DNA from: Ruditapes philippinarum
Taxonomy: Eukaryota
DNA length: 64,000 nt
Assembly: GCF_026571515.1 (NCBI RefSeq)
Contig: NW_026854483.1
Coordinates: 1 to 64,000 of the forward strand
Direction: 5' to 3'
Shown: positions 50,474-62,417 of the stretch, piece by piece
Layout of the letters: every line of letters begins with the position of its first letter
Position numbering within the stretch: position 1 is the first letter of the stretch
Notes under the pieces: model-generated
Database searches by the model: none
The model's input: only the letters and a program-made list of their open reading frames with translations
What the model was told of the DNA's origin: nothing
Made by a program: the position numbers and the translations under genes

Positions 50474-53400
50474 AGAGCTAGGTTCACTAACTACTGAAAA
50501 TGGCCCCCAAAAAATCAAAAATAAAATCTAAGGAAAAACTTTTTTTGTGTTATGTTTTTAATTAACAACATTAATGCATCATAAAAATCATTTTTCTTTT
50601 TTAAAAATCGTTGTATAGGTAATAATAATGTACCGTTGTTAGGACCCTATTCTGGCAAAAATAGCAATAATTCATAAAAATCTGGTGTTATTTTTTATTT
50701 TCTCAATATGAGCGCACGTTTGTTCCACCTTTAAACTTACTTTGAATAATTTGTAATTCTATTGTCCTTCAATAAATCATCGTTAGCTTGTGGAACATGC
50801 ATGCGCTCACAGTATAAAATAAGAAAATTTATGCCGTCCCCCCACCCCCCTGATAATTATAAAAGGGGACCTATCGTCTTAAAAATCATCGTTATAATCT
50901 TTTCTGATAACAGATTACGCATAAATAAGCAAAGTGTGAAAGAAAACTTGAAAATAAGTTATTACAAAGTATTTACAAAACAACAACATCATGAAATACG
51001 ATAATCGCTCATTTATTCGACATCACTGGACGAACTAAAGTGGGTGCGAAACACAGCCTCGCTATTGTAAACAACTCGAGATAGACACCAACATAAAGTG
51101 CAATTCCAGGTACTTATTTTCCCCTAATGAATAAAACATGTTCAGAACCATATTTTATAACATTTATGCAATTAAGACTACCTATTGGTATTTATTTATA
51201 CTCTACTGTATGTAAATAATCAGTTTCAAAAAAGAATATTGACTGTCATGTACAGCAAAAATGAACAGGAGTTCAATCATGGATCTACGCAACGAAATGA
51301 AATTAACGATGCATAATTTCGGATCACGTTAAGTGTATTATGTGATATGGTAAAACATAAAAGAAAAGATTTCAGGCTTTTTGTTTAATATTTAAATCTA
51401 TGGAAATGTAGTAAATATCTATCGGCTGCTGTCAAATTTATTTGTACTACTTTACTATATATAGATACATGTACATATACTTCCATCACTACACTGTCTG
51501 TTATGGTACAATGGAATAGCCTGTGGAGTTCCATGCAGGAGAGATGGTTCGAAACTAACTCGAGTCACATTTTTATTTTTTTTTTTTTTTTGCTTTTTTT
51601 CATTATTATTATTTCAATTGCTTCAGATTTAAAAAGGTGAACTATGTTTAAACTGTCGGACAAAAACAAATAATAATTTATTCTTCTATGAAGCTAATTC
51701 CAATAGATTACATTTATAAACAAAATTAGTTCATTGAATTAAAGTCATACATAACTTTCATTTCACTTGAATCATATTAATTTTAATGAAAATCGCTCTT
51801 AATATTTGTTTCAGAATGTTCAAACATTTTGAATGCATTGTTTGTAAAAAAAGAATAAAACCTTCTGGAAGACGCCCATTCCTGAAGGCTAAAAAGTTGC
51901 TGAAAATGATTTTTACAACTGATCAGAAGACATAGCTATACATGCCAAGATGCCCGAATGAATGTCGAAGGGGCAGAAGCAACTAGAATCTAATGACGCC
52001 AATGAAAGTCGCTTAGTAACCAAGGTAAGATGTTGACTAGTAAATATACTTGTAAATGTATTATTTTTCACATTATGACATTATCTTTAACATACACAAA
52101 ATTATATTAATGTGTCTGCATTTGCATTTGAAATCAGGAAAAAAACAACTGATTTTGATTTGGTTAATACCGGAGCTATAACCCCAATATGTAAGTGACT
52201 ATAGCCTTACACATACTTAGCAATGAATGTAAAGGAACGGGGTTTGAACCCACTCGCTCACACTTCTTTTATAGTATTACATATATTGATAATACACATA
52301 TTACGCCGTAGAATTACCATCACAGTTGTACTTTTAAATCATTTATTGTAAATTAATAAATATTTTAATAATGTAATAACGACAACATTTTAGTGAACAT
52401 ACACAACAGAAAATGAAAACAAAAACTTTTTATCTTAGTAACGGTGTTCTTTATTTTCAGATTCGATGGGTTGTTGAGTCAGCAAATGCTCGTATAAAGC
52501 GTTTTAAGAACTTGGATCATGTTATGCCAAACAGTCAAATCTTATATATTAGCAATTTTGTTCGGATTGTATGTGCTATTTCAAACAAGTACTTCCCACC
52601 TCTCAGTAGCACAGACCAATCCGAAATTGATGTTGCTGCAAAAAGGGTCAGGCTTCTAGAGAGGGAAAACAAGCTGCAGACAATGATAGAAGAGACTGAA
52701 CTAGATAGAAAACGGACTATGTACTCTTAGGCACTTTTTTCCATTTTGACATTTACTAAAGTTGTGGCGAATAAGTTTTGTGTATCGTGTATCGAAGTCA
52801 AAATACAACTTTGTTTACATTTCGCTGCCTATCTTAATTATCAATAATTTTACATTAAAACGCCATTTTCGTTATGTGAAAAGCATCATACGTTTTCTTA
52901 ATCAATTATTACTAAACTATAAAACATACATTTTCTCTTTCTACATAAGAAAAATCAATCCGTTTATGAGTCATAATGTGCCTTTAAAGGACATTTTATA
53001 ACATTTTCAATCACAAGGTTATTTAAGTACCTAAGGACGTCTTCTATTTATTGTACATTTTCTTAGTTTACTTTTCGAAGTTAAAGCGCATTTAATCCTA
53101 AATAACTGATATAAAAATGTTATTTTATAGTCAACACTGATGATCCAAACCTCATATGTGTTAAAATGCAAAGCAAGCACACATCTTTAAAAACATACAT
53201 GATTTGGGTTAAAGTGGAAAACGAGACAGTAGTTGGGTGGTACATGCAGGTGTGGCTCCAGACTCATTGGGTTGTGTGCTCATATAGCTGCTATAGTGTG
53301 GTACCTTTCGAACGGGAGTCATAGCGGAAGAGAAAGTTACGGCATTCGTGACTGGAGTGTACATTTATCAGATGCCGCAGTGTTTGAGATTGACGAAACG

Positions 53401-54635
53401 ATCGAGCGAGACGGACTAAATAACTTGTGTTTTGTTGGCGTCTATTATAACTCATATATATTACACAGTGACGTCATGACTTTTGCACTAAATAAGTGAA
53501 TAAGTTTTTTTAAGATATACTGTAGTTGTTATAATTCACTATTTGCTACTGTTAACATAAGAAAATATCTTGTTTTTATTAACAACAAACATTTAAATAT
53601 TTTTTCGGGATGATTATTTGTTACATGAACTTGTCTAGTAGTTTATGGAGTGAGTTTCTGTTTACAGAAAATGACATACAAACACGACTCGTTATATTAA
53701 TGAACTGATTCTTTCTTATTGTTATATTCTTTTAATTTTTCAATTAAGTATTTCCAAGGATCTGTTTCATTTATTAGTTTGAAATCAAGCTGCCAAATTA
53801 AGATTTTCATAGGTATGTTTCAAGCGATATCACAACATTTTTCATACAAAAAAATACATGTAACATTATTTTCAGAAATGCATAATAATAGATATTATAT
53901 TATTAATTTTAGAATCAGTATCATAATTTTAAGTTCAAGAAGATAAAGATACCAATTCCTACATTATTGTACTTTCCTTTTTTAAAAATTAAAATCACAT
54001 TATTTTATTATATTGTTTACACCATGTTTGTATCATACAGATTTTCTGAATGAGTTGTTTGATACATGCGCTTCATATTCATTATTTAATCGTTTGTAGA
54101 AATGGTACATTGTAAACATATAAGTATTTATTTACTATTCCTGATACCGTTTTTTTAAATTTGTTATCAATCCATTTGAAGTAAATTTAACAGAACTTAA
54201 AATTTTACAAGATCATGACTTCGACATAATATATGAAAACATTTTAATTATATATTTTCAAACAAAACAGATTTAGAAGAAAAATGCGAAACTGTCCGTT
54301 TTTTTCCATCCGAAAACTGGTCTATTGCCAACAAATGTTTTATTCTTAGCTTCACTTTATACATGCTGTTGCATCTGAATTATTCAGTGGTGTTTAAATC
54401 AATCTAAAGAAATAGGAAACATATAAAATAATTTTCATTATTTTGCAAGATCAATAAGTGCCGATAATTCGATGAACAGGTGTTCCAATTAAGAGACGAC
54501 AAGTGACGTCATCGTTAGGTATTTACGACTAAGAATGAAAATTTTATCAAAAAGACATATATTTAACTATCATTAAAGGGGTTTTCATCAATTTCTGAGG
54601 TTGGGCCATTTTCAGTGCTTAGTGAACCTATCTCT
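50474..54635 (+). mobile_element. Kolobok-like DNA transposon, decayed (DDE + SWIM remnants)
   Basis: 33-bp TIR AGAGCTAGGTTCACTAACTACTGAAAATGGCCC (3 mismatches), flanks TTAA / TTGA. Spliced remnant DANESRLVTK|IRWVVESANARIKRF (intron 52025-52460) and SWIM-like CRCGSRLIGLCAHIAAIVWYL. Confidence 0.7.
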
Positions 54636-56118
54636 TTGACATCATAAGATGCACTTTTACGTTCAAGAGACATGACTTCACTTAAACAAAACTATCAGCA
54701 GTTGTAAATAGTGTATAACGATATATAAATAGAGCAATTATTTTTTTACTGTCAATCTATTTTGCTACTATTTTATAGACACCAAATTATTCTATCAATT
54801 AGATTAAACCAATCAAAGATTAATCCACTAATACCGCCATTTTTAACCAATAAAATTTAAGAATTAACAAAAATGCTATAATTTATTCACAGACTAATGA
54901 CCCTTTTTAATCAAAAACCAATGAAATTTAAGTGTAAATAATAATCCTCTAATTTATTCACAGATTATTGACCCATCTCAATTAAAGAAGGGTCCTGCTT
55001 TTAATCATCAATGTCTAGTTTTATGACAATAAACAACATATGGTAAAATGACAATTAACAAGTGTAGAAATGGCAAATAACAGTGTCTATAATTGAAAGT
55101 ATAGAATATAATTGAAAGTGTCTCTCTTGTCAGCAGGTGTCCATGCAATTTACGCTAGATTGCTTATCAATGTTTGAAGTAGTGGCAAAATATTTTTGAT
55201 TGGGGGTAATTTGCTTAGAGCATACTTATGTTTCGTAAAAAGCAGTGAGACAGATAAAAAGATATTCATACTTATCTTTTAAAAAGAAATGATATTAAGT
55301 ATAAAGTGTAAAGTAGGATCAAACAAATTACTTAACATTGTTCCAACATGTTCCATCAAAAACAATAAATAAAATGACCCAGACAAGATTTTTTCCCATT
55401 ATGAACCAAAGTTTTTGTGAAAAACAAATCTCCCCGATGTGACCTTATTTTTCTCCATGAATCTACAGGTTGTATACGACAAAATGGCACAAAATTTTAA
55501 GTTGCATTTTTTTTATAACGGAGTCTGTGACCCTTGCATACTTTCTCTGATATTTAGTTAATAATGGCATTTTTTATTAATAAAATTTTTTAATTATATT
55601 TATTAATCTTTCATACTTAATCATCATCAATTTAGTATTTTTTTTTTATGAAACTAAAGTGTCAAGTTAATATGGCATATCTGTAATTACTCTTCTAAAA
55701 AAATCAATATCAGCTTTGGTCTACATGACTAGCTTGTGCAGGTGTTATGAGGTTGATTTCCCGAAAATCTGTAAATAGCATCTTTGTTATTCAACACATG
55801 TAATGACCTAACAAATGATTACTGTTTATGTTAGTTCTCTTTTACCAAGACAATAATTGTCTTTCAAAACGGAATAAGTGGACATGGCTTGAGGCTACGT
55901 TCGTAGGGTCAGGGAGGTACATTTTTTCCTCGATATTAAAGAAGGCCCCATAGTCATTTTTGAAAATTATAAGTCAGAAAAATTTTGGTAAACGTCGTTG
56001 ATCCTCTTATAAGACGGAAAGCAACTTTTGTCTTTAAAATGGAAGAAAAAATCCCCGTCTTATAGTCGGAGAAATACGGTAAATCTTTTGAGTTCTGAGT
56101 TTGTCTATATCATAGTAA

Positions 56119-56610
56119 GGCCATAGAAAATTAATCTTTAGACTCTCATCCAGGTTTCAAGAAATAATTGGGGTGGGTGGGTGGAATTTATAATTTATAA
56201 TTTATTTTATCCATCACTTTTAAGACCTGAAAAAACAGAAATGTATGAATAAACAAAAGTGTTTAAATCTATATTTTAATGAGAATAATACTAAATGTTG
56301 TAAGATTTGTTACTTACAAACAGTTTTCTTGTTTACTGCATCATATATTTCACATATGACGAACATTTTGACAATTTTACTGATCGAAAACGAACGTATT
56401 TAAAATCTTGATCACTAGACGCTGTAAACCTCAGTCTGATTTTTATGCGTTCGTCCGCGAATATTCAACTACGATTTTCGGACGAATTTTCATCCACAGA
56501 CGTCTGCGAAATGAACAATTTTTTTTTTATGAAAATAAATTATTTTGGAGCGGAAAGATTTTGATACGGGCGGGCGAGGATGAGAGTCTAAAAATTAATT
56601 TTCTGTGGCC
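56119..56610. mobile_element. PIF/Harbinger-type MITE
   Basis: TAA|GGCCATAGAAAATTAAT..AGACTCTCATCC and its mirror end GGCC|TAA; empty site visible in the paralogous copy at ~43580. Confidence 0.85.
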
Positions 56611-56709
56611 TAATGTGTTAAGTTTCCCTGCCTAGTAAGAAAATAATGTTTATACAACAGATAATCAAAAGGTCCAATTTTCTCAGGATGAATAAGTATA
56701 ACTAACGGC

Positions 56710-57157
56710 TAGTGTTGCATCTAGAATTTCAAAATTATGGGGGATTGTCCCCCACACAATTGAAAAATGTGGGGGATTTGAAAAAGATGTGGGGGACATA
56801 CATTTACCTTACAATATGACATACCGAATAGAGTTCATTTATTTTACATTCAGGCATTTTTGACAGCTATCGTCCGCTCAAAAATGGAAGTTAAGAAAAA
56901 ATAAAATATTGACGAATACTACAAAACACACGCGAGATGACTTAGTCGGCTGCTACACGCGATTTAGTACATATTTTAGTAATAACCACGAGTGAAAACA
57001 AACATGGCTGAAGCGTTTAAGATAAGATAGAGATAAACTGAATTAAGTTGAAAAGATGGTCAGATGCGCGACTTGGCGCGCACTGACTTCAATAAAATGC
57101 GCGATCTGCATAAAAAATGCGCAAATCGCGCAATCGCGCGTCCTAGATGCAACACTG
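56710..57157. mobile_element. hAT-type MITE (8-bp TSD)
   Basis: AGTGTTGCATCTAG / CTAGATGCAACACTG TIRs; TSD AACTAACG / AACTAATG; single-copy empty site at ~43484-43491. Confidence 0.75.
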
Positions 57158-58236
57158 AACTAATGTTTCAACTATTCTCTATTTTAAGTAAATTTGTTGG
57201 AAAAAAATCTTTAAAAGTGATCTCAGGAAACAGTTTTTATGAACAGACAGACTGAAGGAGACTCTTAAGTTATTTTTTTTAAACATCCCTGTTACCAAAA
57301 TATAACATATTCTAATACAAAATTCTTAAAGAGGAGATAACTCTTAAAAATAACAATGCTAGATTTATGAACATTGATGCGAGTTTTACTGAAGTTTAAA
57401 GATACCATTTATAGTCACAAAGAAGATAAGTTAAAAAAAATTTTTTTCAAATATAACATTAACTATAATGTATAGTAAGTAACAAAGATGAAAATTAAAA
57501 ACAAAAATATAATGTAGGTGTTGATAATGAATGTTTATTTTGAATTTGAAGAAAATCCATGAAGAAATAAGAAAGTTAAAGAATGAATCAGAAAAATTCA
57601 AAGTTTAAGGAGGAGATAATTCTGGAAATATGGATCTAGATTTATTAACCTTGTCATATTATTATGATGTGGGATTTTAAAGTAAATCCTATACGGAATG
57701 AAGAAGTTGGAGTAAAAAATACCAATTTCTCGAAAAAAATCTAAGTTCAAGGGGGACATAATTCTAGATATAGTCTTGCTAGAGTATTTAACCTGCTCAC
57801 AAATGTTGAGTGATAATAAGAAACATATATATGACGTTTCAAGTAGATACATTTATAGCAACCAGAATTTTCAACATAGGAAGAAAAGAAAAAGATGTGC
57901 ATAATTTCCAGACTGTCATCTACCCATATTTCAAATTTCATAAAAATATTTTCAGTACTTTTTGAGTTATCACTTGATCCAGTTTATGTGTAAAATTTGC
58001 CATATTTTCAGTCTATTTGTTGCCATAGCAACCAGAATTTTCAACAAAGGAAGAAAAGAAAAGGAAGTGCATAATCTCCATACTGCCATTTATCCAGATA
58101 TCAAGTTTCATAAAAATATTTTCAGTACTTTTTGTGTTATCGCGGGATCCAGTTTTGTGGACAGACAGATTGACAGACAGACGGACGGAGGGTAAACCTA
58201 AAGTCCCCTACGATTAGACCGGTAGGGGACTGATTA

Positions 58237-58530
58237 ACAATATTTGATGTATTTGACAGTAGCAAGATGACACGTAAATAATCAGTAGTCGTATATCAAT
58301 TTGCACCATATATAAGAGTCTTGGGGTAGTCCTGATACTAAAAATGTGTATATATCTGGGGTGGTCTATTTACCCCTATACACCCCAAGACTAATCTGGG
58401 ACAGAAATATACGCATTTTTAGTCAAAGGACTACCCCAAATAACTTATATATTGTGTAAATTGGGAAAGTCTTATAACTGATTATTTACCTGTCATCTTG
58501 AACATTACTGTTCAATACATCAAATATTGT
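58237..58530. repeat. ~295-bp imperfect palindrome built from Mutator-like subterminal sequence
   Basis: ACAATATTTGATGTATT..CAAGATGACA.GTAAATAATCAGT mirrored by ACTGATTATTTACCTGTCATCTTG..AATACATCAAATATTGT. Confidence 0.75.
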
Positions 58531-58539
58531 CAATTATGT

Positions 58540-59773
58540 CAGGGTTCTCACTAGGACTTTAAAACATGGAGTCCATGGACTCCCAACCCTGAAAAAGTTG
58601 GAGTCCAAAAGCGCGTCACAATTAATATGTTTACAGATTAGTCATTCAATGCTCACAATAGCATTGCTGATATTTTGAATATTCAAGAAACTTCCAAAGT
58701 TTATAGTTATTCAAAAAAAACTGAACTACATAGTATAATTATTGTTCTGTTGTTAATATTTATTATGAAATTATTTCATTATAATGCATCAACACACGGA
58801 AATCGTTTTTTTGTTGTTTTTTTTTCACTTTTATACCAAATCAAATTTTATTCTGGTTAAATAAGTCCACTCTAAAGACAAAAAGTTTATATTTGTAAAA
58901 AAACTTAAATATATATAGGCAGCGTTTAGCGGAATGAATAGGAAAATCGTGTATAGCTTCACACAGTGTGTAAGAGATTCATCCGATCGACAATTATTTT
59001 AGCAAATATCTCCAAAAGGGGGCAAATTGAAGATCGATATTTAAAGATTTAATGTTGATTAAATAATAAAGGAACAATTCATTCGCATGTTTGGCTTGGA
59101 AACCGAGAATTTTTGCGAAATTTTAGGGTTTCTGGCGAACGTGAAATCGCCGATGTTCGGGATCAGTTTTCGGATAGAATCTAAATATCAAAGAAAAGCG
59201 TATGTGTATTTTGGTTTGTTGTCCTGGCATTTCAGCACAATATCTTAATACTCTTATAGAAAGTTTTTGCAAAATGAAACTAAAGCAAAATTGTGCCTAG
59301 AAAATGCCGAAAATATTCGACAATCATTCAAAATTACACTCATTTGTAATTTGAGAAAACAGTCTTTAAACTTGCGGCATAAATAGTCGATAATTTTATC
59401 CTTTTGTCGGTAAAATTTGCTTATTTCCAATCAACTGTTGATCAAAGATATAAAATTATCACCGCGTGTTATATCTGGTAATTACATGCATGTACTGTAC
59501 AGCGCGTGTATACATTAGTTTGATCACTATTGCGTGATAATGATCGGAAGCGTTTTCGCTGATTGGCTAATCGCTTCACAGGTCGATGTGCATAGGACCG
59601 CCTACCTATAGACTGACATGCGCAGACGCATTTGTGGTTGTAAACAATCGGTAATGTTTATGCGTCCCCAGGCAAAATTAAGCGTACATGGAATCCTTGC
59701 TCTGAAATATTTGCGTCCAGCTGTAATAAACATGCGTACCGGGACGCCGAAATAAGCTTCCCCGAGAACCCTG
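58540..59773 (-). mobile_element. non-autonomous deletion derivative of the hAT5-like element
   Basis: Same 10-bp TIRs; TSD TATGT (58535-58539 / 59774-59778); inverted homology to both ends and to intron 1 of 44563-48497. Confidence 0.9.
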
Positions 59774-61283
59774 TATGTATGGGTATACTTTTCATCAATA
59801 AAATATTTAAAATATATGAAAAAAATATCGTGATTTAGATAAATTTTACTGAAACAATAAGACTATGTTAATCTAACGAAATGTGGGGCAGGTGAAATAA
59901 AAATATATATATACACCCCGCAATCTGGGACTTGGAGTTATTTCATTGTTGTTAACTATTTTGCACAAAAAAGAATATATTTATAATCTTACAGGGAAAT
60001 AAATGAAGGGAGATAATTCAATGTGTACATGTGAAATCGCATAGTTACCCCCGTAAACAAAGTAAAATGAAAAAAAATACATGTCAGTGAAAGTGTCTTG
60101 TCTTGGGGTGGTCTTGTGGTGTCTTGGCGTAGTCTTGGGGTAGTCTAGGGGTGTCTTGGGGTATCTTAGGGTAGTCTTGGGATAGTCTATGGTAGTCTTC
60201 GGGTATCATGGGGTGTCTTGGGGTAAATAGACCGACCGATATTTCTGTCCCAGAGTAGTCTTGGGGTAAATAGACCGACCCATTTTAGTGTATTATAGTG
60301 ATATGGAATCAGAGATGAATTTTGTTTCTTTGGTAAATGCAAGTTATATCATAATATGTATCAGCATAAAGATGAACTAAAAAGAGAACAGATGCTATTC
60401 TAAATGTTCATGAATTAAAAATCAAAAAATCTTTTTTTCCCACTGCCTCAAACCTTAGCTTTTTTTGGATAAAAAAATGGTAAACTGAAAGATAAAAAAT
60501 AACTTAATAATGTTAAAAAGTATGTTAAATGCTTATTACATGAAGAAAATACAGCTGAATGTGCAATTATTTGTCATAAAACGAGCAAAATATAAAAAAA
60601 AGTAGTATTTTGATTTCAATACTTAATAACTATAGCTGTACAGCAACAGAAGCAAAATATTGTTCAGCTAATTGGCATGAGTAACTTTTTGGAAACTAAG
60701 TAAAAATAAAGCTTTCAAGAAATAAAAATAAAAGCATTTCTGGGCCATAATGGGCCTTTAAGCTTTTATAAGTTATGTGGACAAAAAATGCAAGAGTGGG
60801 ACTGGGTGACAAATGTCCATACAGTATACATAATACTGTAATATACTAGGAATATTAATTTGCACAACATACTGTATAAAACATAATAAATGTCAATAAT
60901 CTTGCTTATAATGATGTTGGTGCTTACAAAGACTTAAATTAACGAAAATATTGTGCAAATTTTCATGCCAATGGATAGACATATCAATTTTAACTTTTTG
61001 AACAAATACTATAATTTAAGCTTTGTGTCAAGAAAAGATTCCATGTCAAATTCTTTAATCCTATCAAATTGATTTTTCACTGAAAAAAGAAATAAAAAAT
61101 TATGTAACCACAACTTCATACTGTATTTTTGGATATGTCAAATAAAATTTAAATTAAGCGACACAAATCTGCTTGAATATGTTTTCATAATTTGCGAGGC
61201 ATTTCGCTTAAAATGAAAAAAAAACAAAAAAAACTGCAAAAATTCTCCTTTAATGCCTACAGAACTAATAAATTAAATCAAAC

Positions 61284-61338
61284 CTCCTCTTGGAATTTCC
61301 AGCTCGAAGTAGTCTTTAAAAGGGTCAAAACAATCCAT
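61284..61338 (-). CDS. nanos: Nanos coding exon 1 (MDCFDPFKDYFELEIPRG; NOT1-interacting-motif-like)
   Basis: ATG preceded by an in-frame TGA. FDPFKDYFEL resembles the Nanos N-terminal FxxWxDYLGL motif. Phase-1 donor GAG|GTTTGA matches the phase-1 acceptor at 36957 and gives a 299-aa protein. Confidence 0.75.
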
Positions 61339-61419
61339 CGTGTGTACGTGTCAACTAGGCAGAATCTCAGCAGAGACTGATGTTGCGGAAGATCCGACCT
61401 GGCCAAATCCATTCTCAAA

Positions 61420-62234
61420 AAGGGCAAAAAGAGAAAAGTTTAACAAAATCTAAATTCAAACGCAAAATATTTGTTGCTTTCCCTCTCGGTTTTTTAAAAA
61501 TAATATTTTAGAACTTGATGATTCCGAACAGTGAAAAAAATGCTAAAATCAAGTTTAAATATGTCACACCTCCTAGACTTCGAAATGGAACAGTCCGTTT
61601 ACGCGCGGGAAAATCAACATCAAACGAGTTGTCGGCGGCCTTTGATGTAAGTTGGGGTTGCATCGGGCATCACTGGAACAAACGCGGGAAAGTCTGATTT
61701 CTTTGTTATTTATCACTTTTGCGAGTTTAGGGAAGAAAAATAAAATGTTTTTAAAAAGAATGCAAGTCACAATTTAATAATTAAATGAAGTCGTATTTGA
61801 GTGATTATTATGTTTATAGAAAAATTAAAATAGGATAAATAGGATGTAAAGTCGTCTTAGAAAAATCAGATTTCCCAGAGTTGATACATGCAATGTAAAT
61901 CAATCGTTTTTTCCCTTAAAAAATGTAATCTTATGAGACACAAAAAGTGTCGTGCAAAAGTCCTACAGTACATGTTGACCAAACAAAACTTTTTCGTGAC
62001 CATTGACTACATGGTCAGGGGAATAAAATGCAATAATCTAATTATGACATGATGAATAATGATGTTAAGAAAAAATCTTAAAGAACAAACAATTTTCATT
62101 TAGTAAGTACAGAACAAATTGCAATTAATCTACGCAACGCCAGGGGAGGTTACTAAAATGTTTCATCACAGAAAAGAACTTTTCACGGTGCACCGTCATC
62201 TTCTGAAAATATAATTTTTGTGGGTGTTTCGCAG
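61420..62234. promoter_or_regulatory. putative divergent promoter region nanos / TKFC incl. TKFC non-coding first exon
   Basis: CpG-richer stretch at 61560-61730; plus-strand donor CAG|GTACGT at 62234/62235; the TKFC ATG exon begins at an acceptor at 63746. Confidence 0.45.
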
Positions 62235-62417
62235 GTACGTAATATATTTATGGTTTTCCAAGCATATAGTTATTGTCATTCACTTACTGCAACATATATG
62301 ATAAATTGAAAGTATATATTTGCACAAAATATAAACGGTATTTGTTTTCTTTAATACCTTAACGGGACAAAGTCAAGGAAATATTTGTATTGGTTCTTTA
62401 TCTTACATCTGTTTCAA

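Larger units (their letters stand above)
56080..58230 (+). mobile_element. HINE-like element (inverted relative of 42770-43618) carrying two MITE insertions
   Basis: Reverse-complement match to 42770-43618; (GACA)n and terminal AGTCCCCTAC..GTAGGGGACT hairpin, also seen at 44462-44490. Confidence 0.65.
49679..60281. mobile_element. Mutator/foldback-like shell with long TIRs enclosing nested elements
   Basis: GGTCAGTCTTTTTACCCCAAGAC ... GTCTTGGGGTAAATAGACCGACC; ACCCCAAGAC subterminal repeats; inner arms 49761-49802 vs 59940-59980; degenerate 9-bp TSD GTTTTAGCG / ATTTTAGTG. Confidence 0.6.
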
